From: Rhodosorus marinus CCMP1338
Lineage: Eukaryota; Plantae; Rhodophyta
NCBI GenBank assembly: GCA_029953675.1
Contig: JAMWBK010000006.1
Coordinates: forward strand, 1,240,001 to 1,304,000
Length of the DNA stretch: 64,000 bases
Direction: 5' to 3'
Positions within the stretch are counted from its first letter, which is position 1. Every line of letters begins with the position of its first letter. The translations under genes and the position numbers were made by a program. The notes beneath the pieces are model-generated. The model was not told where the DNA came from and searched no databases. It saw nothing but the letters and a program-made list of their open reading frames with translations. This document shows positions 13,154-23,850 of this stretch, piece by piece.

Positions 13154-16100
13154 CTACCTGTTCAAAAATTTGAGATATCTGAAAGCCAGCAGCCCCACGG
13201 TCCTAGCGAACAAGGTGAAGCCAACAAGTGCGCCAACGGAAACCCACATGTTGTAGTCTGGGACGGTGAAACCCGCCAGAACCTGATTTCCGTTGGTTAT
13301 GGGACAGAACAGGCACTCCCCGGAAACGCTGGAGTCGAAGTATGTTCCTATGATCATTGGCAGACGACAACAAGTCGGAACAGTTAGCAACTTCTTCACG
13401 GCTTCGGTGCCTTCCGGTCCTCGTTTTGGGCTTTTTGGATTCCTTGCCTCCCGGGATTTCCGTGCAGGAGCTGTACTCTGATGGAAGCGTGAAACTCTGG
13501 AGCTCGCCCTCTTCGCATCGGAATGGTAGGTCTGTGAGGACATCTTTCAACACACCGCTGAGGTAGTAAGCCGAAGGATTCATCCAGTAAATCCAGATGT
13601 AATAACCAGGTATTGAGGCCCTCGGAATCAGGAAACCGCTCAACAGCGACAGAACTGACATCGCCAAGGGCGTAATTAGCAGACCGATGTCGACACTCGG
13701 AGAGAGTGATCCAAACATTGCACCAGTTGCAAACGCCCAGCTGCCGTAGATCAGCGAGAGAAGCAAGAAGAACGGATACCCGGAACCTGTTGAAGGAAAG
13801 CAATTGACGAGGTAGCGATTGGTTTTAGCCTTAGTCCGCGTCATCTTCCAAAACTCTGTCGAAGAAAACCGTACTTCGAAAGCCGACCATAAAGTAGAAG
13901 ATCGTAGAGAAGAGAATCTGACTTGTGAAGTTAAATGGCTGGTCGGCGAGGAGTAGAGGGAAGTAGTACGTGGATGCGGCGTAGGTTTTAGATGCGACTT
14001 CTCGGTAGTAAACAACACGCTCCCTAATAACATTAGGCACCGCCGCATTGAGGGATACATCCGCCGTAAGTCCTCCCATAAATGCTGCGCTCACGAGAAC
14101 CTGGGCGCCGGTCTGCGTATCGCTCACTTGAAGGAACGACAGACCGAGTAGCAGCGCTTGTACGACAGTAGAAAAAATTCTCGCAAAATTGAACTCGGGG
14201 GTGCGCCAGTAGCTGATCAGGAACCGTTTCCCATTCTCGAAAGCTTGAGTCCAGAAGCCCCTGGCATACTCGGAACTGTACGTGATCTCTTTAAGACCAG
14301 AGGGGAGTAATGCAGGATGCTCGTCCTTCGTATCGCCTGCCGGCACCAATGCATCTAACACCGCTGCCCTCTCATTGGATTGGTTCCAGACTTCATGCCA
14401 GTCCGTCTCATCTCCCTAATCAAACACCCGCGCAGAGAAAACGGGTGTGAATAGCGGCTCGGATATCGTACCAGGTGGGAACAAGGTATGGTCTCAGCAT
14501 AGATCCATACCTCTTTGAGCTTTGACACTCCAGCGCCAATCTGTTCCAGCATATAGTCGGCTGGATTCGAACCTGGCTTTATCGGGCTAGCACCATTGCC
14601 CTCAAAGTACGCTGTCAATTTGCTGGCTTTATCTCCAAGTTCGCCAAAGTAGACAGTTTTCCCTCCACGATGCAGCAGGAGAAGACTGTCAAAAGCTAGG
14701 AATACCTCCTTGGCGGGTTGATGAATTGTACAAAGCACTGCACATCCAGTATTGGCGACTCTGCGGAGAGCGCTGATTACCTATACGAACGGGCTCGAAA
14801 ACACCGTGTTAAGTCCATTGTCGGGTACCCCAATTCTGGCTTGAAGTGGGATGCATACCCTGAGTGCAGCACGAGAGTCCAGTCCCGATGTTGGTTCGTC
14901 TAGGAAGAGCACAGACGGTTGTGTGACGAGTTCGACCGCGATTGTGAGTCGCTTTCTTTGGTCGCTTGATAGGCCGACTTTTCCTCCTACTTCTCCGACG
15001 AGGTCGTTCTGAACCTCCCTTAACTCGAGCAGGTCTATAGTGTTCTCTAAAAGCTCGTTCCGCTGCTCCTCATCAAACTCATTGCCTATTCGGAGCCTTG
15101 CCGAGAACTTGATTGCCTCTCGGACCGTCGTCTTGCTCACGTGAATATCCATTTGCTCGACATACCTGAATAGTCAGCAGCGACAAGCAGAAACATGTTA
15201 GACGGACAGTTTTCATCCGGTGGCGCAGGTCCCGGGTTGCGCCAGCTTACCCAGACATTCGAGCAAAAGACATGTCCTGGGCAAAGCCATTCACAAGAAT
15301 CTCTCCACTAATATCGCCTTTCGTCTTCCTCCGCGCGAGGACGTCCATGAGTGTCGTCTTTCCAGCGCCAGAGGAACCCATCAACGCGCACAACTTCCCT
15401 GGGATAGCATACCCCGAAACGTCACGAAGCAGCTGCTTCTTCTCGCCCTTGTAATCCACAAAGTAGTTGATCCCGTTCCACGTAAGCCACGCTTCTTGGA
15501 AACTGCGCTGCTCTGTCAAGCTTTCTTCCGCATTATCGGCAATCGCGTCCACCTCAACAGTCGCAGTCTTGTTCACGTCCTTGAGCTTCACGATTGTCTT
15601 CTTACGCCATCGATATTTCTGCCTATTCGCGAACAGAACGATGCCAATCAAGTAGAGAAAAGTCACGCCCCAAATGTAGATCAAAGCATATCCAGTCCAA
15701 TTCCTATTGCAGGGCAAGCCGGCCATATGAGGAAGGAGATATGGGTCAGCAAGGATTAGTACAGATTCACGCCCACCCTTCCGAACAAGGTGCTCTCCTC
15801 TAGCAGTGTCGACCCACTTGCCGAAATCCCAAATGAGGAGATGAATCCTCGTCCTTCTACTGAAAAGGAGCTTCTCGAGGGCGACCGTGAGGAGACTTTG
15901 TATAGAAGCATTGGCTCTTGAAAGTTAAACCCTACACTCCAGGTGGGAACTGATAGTTGTTCTCGATATAACTTTCTCCGCTTTCGACTGGACAGCGTCG
16001 GTCCTCGAGCGGAATATTCGAGTTCCCTGCGGGAAGAAGTTCATCCTCTGCGCAGGTAAACTCCAGACCGACGAACTCGTTATAGGCGAGCCCTCGGAAG

Positions 16101-18782
16101 CAGTACTGGAGAGGGGATATCCAGTAGATCCAAACGAAGTAGGGCCGAACCCGAGCAAGCGGGATCAAAAAGCCGCTGTAGACCGTGAACGCGATTACGA
16201 TGAAGTTGACGATGTTCAGCGCTCCTTGATCGGTGCTGAATAACGTGGATACCAGCCGCCCAATCAGGTCTAAGTTCGTCACGAGGGTGAGCATCATAAA
16301 GTAGAAGTACGCGAACCGCAGTCCACTACAGTCGAAGAAGAAATCACAGCGTAATCAGAATAACGGGTCCGGTTTTCACTCTCCGTCACTCGGGCATACT
16401 TTCAGAGGGAAGGACGAACGTACCTGTCTGCTAAATTTAACCCGACCATGAAGTAGACAATCGTTGAGAAGATGAACACTACCGGAAGGTTCAGGCTCCA
16501 TGCATCCACGATTCCAGCGAAATGGAAAGGTAGGGACTGGTAGTACCTCGCCTCCTTCTGCTTGAGGTATATCGGCAGGGAATAGAATGATTTGGCAACA
16601 ACAGTCGCAGTCGCTAGGGCGTTCGAAATAAAGCTCTGGGCGTGAGGACGACGTGTCGTAGGAACAGACTTGTGCAGAGCCACTTACAAATTGAATAGTA
16701 CACGGCCGCGAGGAAGAGTACACTTGCTCGAACAAAAGCTCCCGTAGCGTTGAGAGGGACTTGCAGGAACAGGGTTCCTACAATCAACGCGAGGATGACC
16801 TGAATGGTAACGGTGATGATGACTGTGGTTCGTTCCCAGGTCATCCTCGAAAACCTTTTCAGGAGCGTGACAAACTGTGCGCGTGAGTTCTGCAAGGAAT
16901 CGCGCCGCAGGACTTCCTTCATGCTTTCATCCAGGTCAACAATTTTCCCTGCACGGCCGCAGACGCCTTCTTCAAGCCGAGCTTCGATGTCTGCATAGAT
17001 TTCCGAGCTCTCATACTTCTCCACAAACTCGTCAACACTCTTCGGGATGTCGTTGATCCGTGCCGGATTAGCAACCGACTGGCTCATTCCTGGATCCGAC
17101 ACTGAGAGAATGAAGTCCGCAATAGATCTCGAAGCAGGTCTTTGAAATCCCAAGCTTTCAAAATAGCCTTCAATTTTCTCTGTCGGACCGAAGTAGATGC
17201 TCTTTCCTTGGTCCAGAAGGAGCACCTTAAACGTACGAATACACAATCCATTCGATCAGAGGGCGGCCATTTGCAAACAGTGCTAGCGGTCTGATCGTGA
17301 CGAAGAACTTGTTCTCTTACTTTGTCAAAGAGCTCAAAGGCGTCGTTTCCAAGCTGTTGCAGCGAAACGAACACGATTGCGTTGTACTGATGAGCGAAGT
17401 CTTGGATAGATCTGCATATGTCCAAAGTCGTCGCCGCGTCGAGCCCTTTGGATATGTTGTCCATGAAGAAAACCGAGCCCAGTGTACCACATATTGCTTC
17501 TGCAATGGTAACCCGCTTCCGTTCTCCTCCGGAAACACCTCGGAGAGACGCATCACCTACGGGGGTATCCAGAGTGTGCCCGATACCAAGAGCACGAGCG
17601 ACGACCTCTACCCGGTGCTGTCTTATCACCTCCGCGTAAGGAAGAAAGTCCGGAATTCCACACGAAGCTGCAAAAGCCAACGTCTGTCGTACCGTTAGCA
17701 TTGGATAATGCTGATCTTCCTGCTTAACTGCCTGAAGAGAGTGCTTGTAAAGCTGCATAATCTCTTTATCCCAGATGTTCTCTCCGTTGTACAGCACCTC
17801 CCCGTGAACGTCCTTGAAGAGTTCTGTCTTTCCTGAAACCAGGTTCATGAAAGAACTCGCGCCGCCTCCAGGCGGAGCCTGAATTAGGACAATCTCCCCT
17901 CCTTCAACGTAGCCGGACATGTTGCTGACCACCCGGTGCCAGTCCTCAGGTCTTTCCGTGCACGAGGCACGTCTAGCGGTGCTCATAACTGGCCGTTGAA
18001 AACTTGTCCAGACCGTATCGAACCCTGTAACCTCTTCAAGGGGGACCTCAGCAGATACCTGAGACTTTTCAATGTAATCAGCATATGGCAACACAAAGAA
18101 GGAGCTTAGAGAAAAACTTGGATCCCAGCTTACGTTTTTCCAAGAAATACTCAATCCACCGGGAGCTAAACCGATGAAATCATCGAAGATCCTGTCCTCC
18201 ATCTCCTGCCGCGCCTTCATATCGAAGGAGCCGCTCCATGGGTCCATCCTGGCGTCGTCATACCACCTTCCATACTTGGTCTCAATTTCCTCCTTGAAGC
18301 TATACAATTCGCGGTCCTTCTCAAGGCCGAGAAGGCTCCGGAACTTGTAATAGGCATTATGCAAAACGCCGTCCATCCCTTGAACAAAAGACACAGAAGC
18401 AGATTCAATGGGGAGAGAAAGCCGCAGTAAAGCTTCACTGGTTTGAACAAAAGCACTGTCATATTGATGCAGACAAACAAAATTCAATCTTTCTCCACTT
18501 CAGAGAAACAAGCCAGATCACGTCGCCACATATATACAAAACTCCCAAGAGGAGAGCGCGCAAGCCAAACTTCTATGAGCTCACCTTTCCGCAGAACTAC
18601 CACACCAAAGCTCGCTCGTCGTCGCCCTTTCTCTTCGATCGAAGTTGGGTACCACCCACCTGAAGAACTAAACCCACCGCCTGGAGGAGTAACCCTCTTT
18701 CATCCTGATCGAACAGGTGAATCACCTCATCTTTTTTTGCGGAAACCTCTGCGGCAGATGGTATCCTGCGGTCTTGTTCCAT
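13154..18782 (-). CDS. Full-size ABCG/PDR-type ABC transporter (NBD-TMD-NBD-TMD), multi-exon; 5' exons (18376-18782) uncertain
   Basis: NBD1: APPGGGASS, VSGGERKRVTIAE, MDNISKGLD. NBD2: GSSGAGKTTLMD, LSSDQRKRLTIAVELV, LFLDEPTSGLD, CTIHQP. PDR-type TMD motifs WIYWISPLQY and WIYWMNPSAY. Confidence 0.92.
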
Positions 18783-19622
18783 TCCACTGCCTGGGTAGGA
18801 CGGGGGAGCTTACAAATACAATTTTCCGGAAAAAGACAACGATCAGGAATTGGGGAAACTCTCGATCCACGACGAAACCAAAACAGAAGGTCAAGCTGTA
18901 AAATTGTTCGCTATTTCCTCATCAATCTCCCCGATCGGTGGTTGTCCACTAGTATTTCTTCTTGAGGGGGGAACAGCCAAAAAAAGGGCTTGTGGTTGTG
19001 AAGCCCTGTTTGGGGTAACGCAATAACCGAGATGGAAATGAAAATGAACATGGTCATTCCGGTGATTCGTCATGTGCCATGCCTCCGACTCCCCCACATG
19101 CTAACAACACTAGTATATATCATAACTTACTTAAATGGTTAGGTGATCAGACTCACTCACGTCCCCACAACCCGCAAACCCTTCTGACTCCTCCTATTGG
19201 GAATATACCATTGGACATTTGTATTTGCTATTGCCAAGGGGGAGTGGGCTCCTCCAATTTTAGGTCGTACTCTGTTGAGAATTTTATACTTTTTACCCTT
19301 TTTTTTACAATGTATCCAACTGACCCTAGTTGCGTCCGGAAAAACTTTGTCGGACCTGAATAAAAAAAGAAAAACGAACCTTCGTCCAATAAATGGTCCG
19401 ATAACGACCGATTGTGTCCGATATTTTTCAATGATTTTTTTTTCATGTTTTTCCGTACGATGGTGGTCGTCGTATTGGCCGACTCACTCGACCGAGGTTT
19501 GGACCTTGCATCAACACGCAAGGGTTTTGACTATTAGTTTGGACCTTGCATCAACACGCAAGGGTTTTGACTACCTTTTTCTGTGGTTGGGTCCACAAAG
19601 GTTGGGGGTTTTTGCTTGATCA

Positions 19623-19836
19623 TGTCTGAACCTCCGCTGGCAGCTGTGTAATCCGTCTATGTTTTAGTGTCAGGCACCTATTTTAGTGTAAATCGTCAAT
19701 GTTTTAGTATCCACTGGTTTCTACTTTACTATCAGGTATTTTAGTTTACAGTAACCATGACTATATAAGGCCTAGCTTTGCTAGATCTTGAGACCTAGAA
19801 TTGAGTAAAGACAAGTGGGTTCGAAGAGTTCTAACA
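19623..19836 (+). repeat. 5' LTR
   Basis: Direct repeat of 23638-23850; TGT...ACA termini. Confidence 0.95.
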
Positions 19837-19938
19837 AAGTGGTCTCATCGCCTACGGAAGAAAGGAAAGGCTGATTTACGAAGAGAGAGAGAGAGAGAAA
19901 CCAACTTCGAAAACAAAAAACAAAAAAGACTTTACCAG

Positions 19939-20500
19939 ATGGCGACATTCTCTGTACCCCAACCGGACCAGTACGACGGCCGGCGTGACTACGTGGGGAT
20001 AGAGAATTTTCTGGCGTCTTTGGGAGGCTACCTCGAGTTTCACGGGGTCCCCAATGCCGACCGGCAGTCGGTCCGGTACGCGGGCCTCTTTCTTAAGGAC
20101 CAGGCCCGAACCTGGTACCAGGGTCTCGCCCGAGGACCGGACGGCATCCCGGCGTCCCTGGACTCTCTGGAGGGGTTTGAGTGGCACTACGGGCCCAGTT
20201 CCAGCCGCACGAGCATATCGAGCGGGTTCGAACGAAACTCCGACGCGCCCGTCAACGGGGCCCCAGCGTTGCACGGTTCGTCGACTATCTCGACGAACTA
20301 TTCATGCAACTGGGAGAGCATATCAGCGATTCGGAGAAGTTCACCGCTTCAAAGCGGGATTGACGGATCGGGAGCGCGATTTCGTATACTACAGTCGACC
20401 TCGCACGTACGATGAAGCCAAGGAGATCGCACTGAGCTTGGCTGGTGTACAGGACTCTCCCAACGAGATGACGAAGAGAGAGCCGGATCAGTCCCGGAGT
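19939..20500 (+). pseudogene. Retrotransposon gag, frameshifted
   Basis: MATFSVPQPDQYDGRRDYVGIENFLASL..YAGLFLKDQARTWY, continuing in a shifted frame as YLDELFMQLG..RFKAGL. Confidence 0.8.
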
Positions 20501-20784
20501 AAGCCCCCAACAGCTTCACCGCGTCGACCGCATACACGCAGTATAGGTTCACCCTCTACATCACGAGGAACCCATACACGGCGTCAGGTATGAGTTCGGG
20601 GCTGATCCGGCTCTCTCCTCGTCATCTCGTCTCGTGGGGAGAATCCTGTTCACCAGCCAAGCTCAGTGCGATCTCCTTGGCTTCATCGTACGTGCGAGGT
20701 CGACTGTAGTATACGAAATCGCGCTCCCGACCCGTCAATCCCGCTTTGAAGCGGTCTAACTGCGTCCGCGAGGTCGACTGTAGT

Positions 20785-23609
20785 CTACCTGACGAAAAGA
20801 AAGAGGGATTCTGCGATACCCTCCGAAAGGAGTTCCCGGATGTATTCAAGGAGGAGCTGCCATTGCCACCGGCAGAGCGGAAACAGTACGCGCTAAAGAT
20901 CCATCTCGAGGATGGGGCGAGTCCACCATCACAGCGACCGTACCCGATGTCGTTGGTAAACCGCGACAGACTAAGAAAAGAGCTAAAAGAGCTGGAGTGT
21001 CAGGGCTTCATATCACGCAGTCAAAGCCCATTCGCTGCACCGGTCTTATACGTGGATGAGAAGGACGGGGGAAGACGCCTGTGCGTAGACTACCGCCGGC
21101 TGAACAACATCACCATAAGGGAAAGGACGACTCCGCCAAGAGTCGAGGAGCTCATGGACACGTTGAGTAACGCCCGAGTGTTCACAACGTTAGATCTCAG
21201 GTCCGGCTACTTGCAACTTCCTGTTGACCCATCATCACGGGAAAAGACTGCGTTCACGACGTGCTTTGGACAGTACCAGTGGAATGTCATACCGTTTGGG
21301 TTGCAGAATGCACCCTCGGTGTTCATTCGCTACCTGACGGATGTGTTGCATGACCTTATCAACGAATGCGTGGTGTTGTACGTCGACGATATCCGGATTT
21401 ATTCGGCGACTGAGGAGGACCACGAGAAAGGTGTCCGACGGGTACTCCGACAACTAGAGCAGCATCAACTAGTCGTCAAACATTCGAAGTGCCAGTTCGG
21501 AGTACGCCAAGTATGCTACTTAGGTCAAAGCTTGGCGGGAGGCACTCGTCGTCCCGATCCAAAGAAGGTGGAGGCCATTCAGGGTTTTGCAGGCCCCAAC
21601 AACTTTCAGGGAAGTATGGGCGTTCATGGGCTTCGCAAATTTTCTACCGCGGTTTGTCCCTCGCTTTGCACAGGTGGCTGCACCACTGCACGCACTCACC
21701 AAGAAGAATCAGCAGTGGAAGTGGCACCAGGAGGAGCAACACGCCTTCAACGAAGTAAAACGGGCCATGTCGACCACCGCAACTCTGTATACGGTCGACC
21801 CGACGCTCCCTTTCATTGTTCAAGTGGATGCAAGTGACGCGGGTGTCGGCGGTGTTCTCTTTCAAACGCGGCAAGACCAGGAGGTGCCAGTGGCGTATAT
21901 GTCGCGAGCATTCAACGCAACGGAAAAGCGCTACAGCACCTACGAGAAAGAATTGTATGCCATCGTACTGGCAGTACAACAATGGTCCGTATACCTCAAC
22001 GGACAGCAGTTCAAGGTGCGTACGGACCATAATCCGTTGCGCTTTCTGCAGACGCAGAAGACGTTGACGCGACGACAAGCGCGATATGTCAACGTGCTAT
22101 TACCCTATTCCTTCACGATCCAGTATTTACGAGATAGTCTCAACATTGCGGACGCGGTAAGCCGTGATGCACTACGGGCCATCCGCGTCACATCAGATGC
22201 AGACTGGAGTCAAGACTACCGAGCCGACGCAGAGTTCTCCAAACAGTTTCAAACCCCTGCGCAATTTGAAGGATTTCAACGGAAAAAGGGCTTACTATTT
22301 CTACATGCAAGGCTTTGTGTACCCGGCAACCGCGTCGCCGAGGTCATTGATACGCACCATAAATCAGTGACGGCGGGTCATTTTGGGGCACGGGCCACGT
22401 ATCGAATACTACGCCGACGATACTACTGGCCAAGCCCGAGCCAGGATGTGCTCGCTCGGGTACGACAGTGCGAGGTATGTGCCCGCGAGCAACCGTTGAG
22501 ACGCCACCAGGGAGAGCTTCAACCGCTCCCAATCCCAGAGAAACGGGCAGTGGATTGGACCATGGATTTCATCACCGCGTTTGCCTCGATGAACGGTTAT
22601 GATGCAATAATGGTTGTAGTCGACCGTCTCACCAAATTTGCCGTTTTCATCCCGACTACAAAAACGGTGACGGCAGAAGAGGTGGCAGGTCTTGTTGTCA
22701 CACACATCATCTCCTTGTTCGGGTTACCCTGGAGCTTCGTCACAGATAGTGATAAGCTCTTCACCGCGACTTTCTGGCGACACCTTCTGCGATTGATGGG
22801 GGCTCAACAGCTGCTCTCTACCGCGTACCACCCCGAAACGGATGGACAGACGGAACGGGTCAATCAGACCCTACAAATTATGCTGTTGTACTAGTCCAAC
22901 ATGGATGGAGTGTCTACCCCTACTTCAGCTGGCCTACAACAACCATACGTCCGCCAGTACGGGATATCACCGTATTTTCTGTTAACCGGAGGGCATCCGC
23001 GTTTGAACTTGGACGTCTCAACCCCAACCCCGGCGACTACCAGCCTTGCCGACGCGGCGACTGCTTTCGTGAAGCGACAACAACAAATTCTTGCCGACGC
23101 ACGCAAGTACGTGGCCCTGGCGCAGGAGTTATATACTGACAACGCGAATTCACGGCGTCACACGAAGGTGTTCAACATTGGTGACAAGGTTTATTTGTCC
23201 ACGCGCAACCTCCCTCTGGAAGGCCCTATGCGGTTCAACCTCGCTGGTTGGGCCCCTTTCCAATTATCGAAAAACACTCGGACGTCGCGTACAGTTACCT
23301 AATGAAATGCTGGTACACCCGACATTTCATGTTTCCTTACTGAAGAGCGCACCGCCTGGGACAACTGAAACCCGACATATTCCTGTACGAACCAATCTAC
23401 ACCAGACGCAACCTGTGTTATCGGTATTGAGCGTGCGTACTGACGATGAAGGCACCCGCCAGTTTCTATGCTACCGCGAAAATGAATCGTGGACTGATGC
23501 TGTTTGGCTCCCTGAATACGACTATCCTACGGGCACCTTATCTGGACAACGCCTACGACACTACCTCAACTACCGAAGAATGCTCGATGCTCTTCCTGCA
23601 ACGTCTTAG
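20785..23609 (+). pseudogene. Gypsy pol (RT-RNase H-integrase-chromodomain); protease not visible
   Basis: RLCVDYRRLN, LDLRSGYLQ, PFGLQNAP, YVDD, VDASDAGVGGVL, TDHNPL, H..GHFG..CEVC, MDFI, TDSD, ETDGQTERVNQ, HPTFHVSLLK. Split over several ORFs. Confidence 0.92.
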
Positions 23610-23637
23610 AGTTTGTGCCCAAACTCTGCGGGAGCAG

Positions 23638-23850
23638 TGTGAGAACCTCCGCTGACAGCTGTGTAATCCGTATGTTTTAGTGTCAGGCACCTATTTTAGT
23701 GGAAAACGTCAATGTTTTAGTATCCACGGGTTCTACTTTACTGTCAGGTATGTTTTAGTTTACAGTAACCGTGACTATATAGCGCCTAGCTTTGCTAGAT
23801 CTTGAGACCTAGAATTGAGAAAAGACAAGTTGGTTCGAAGAGTTCTAGCA
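23638..23850 (+). repeat. 3' LTR
   Basis: Direct repeat of 19623-19836; followed by TSD GATCA. Confidence 0.95.

Larger units (their letters stand above)
19623..23850 (+). mobile_element. Ty3/gypsy LTR retrotransposon (chromovirus-like), decayed
   Basis: TG..CA LTRs at 19623-19836 and 23638-23850, about 90% similar by eye. GATCA TSD at 19618-19622 and 23851-23855. PBS-like TGGTCTCATCG at 19840. Gag, RT (YVDD), RNase H, integrase (HHCC, DDE) and a chromodomain-like tail, with frameshifts and a stop. Confidence 0.96.
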
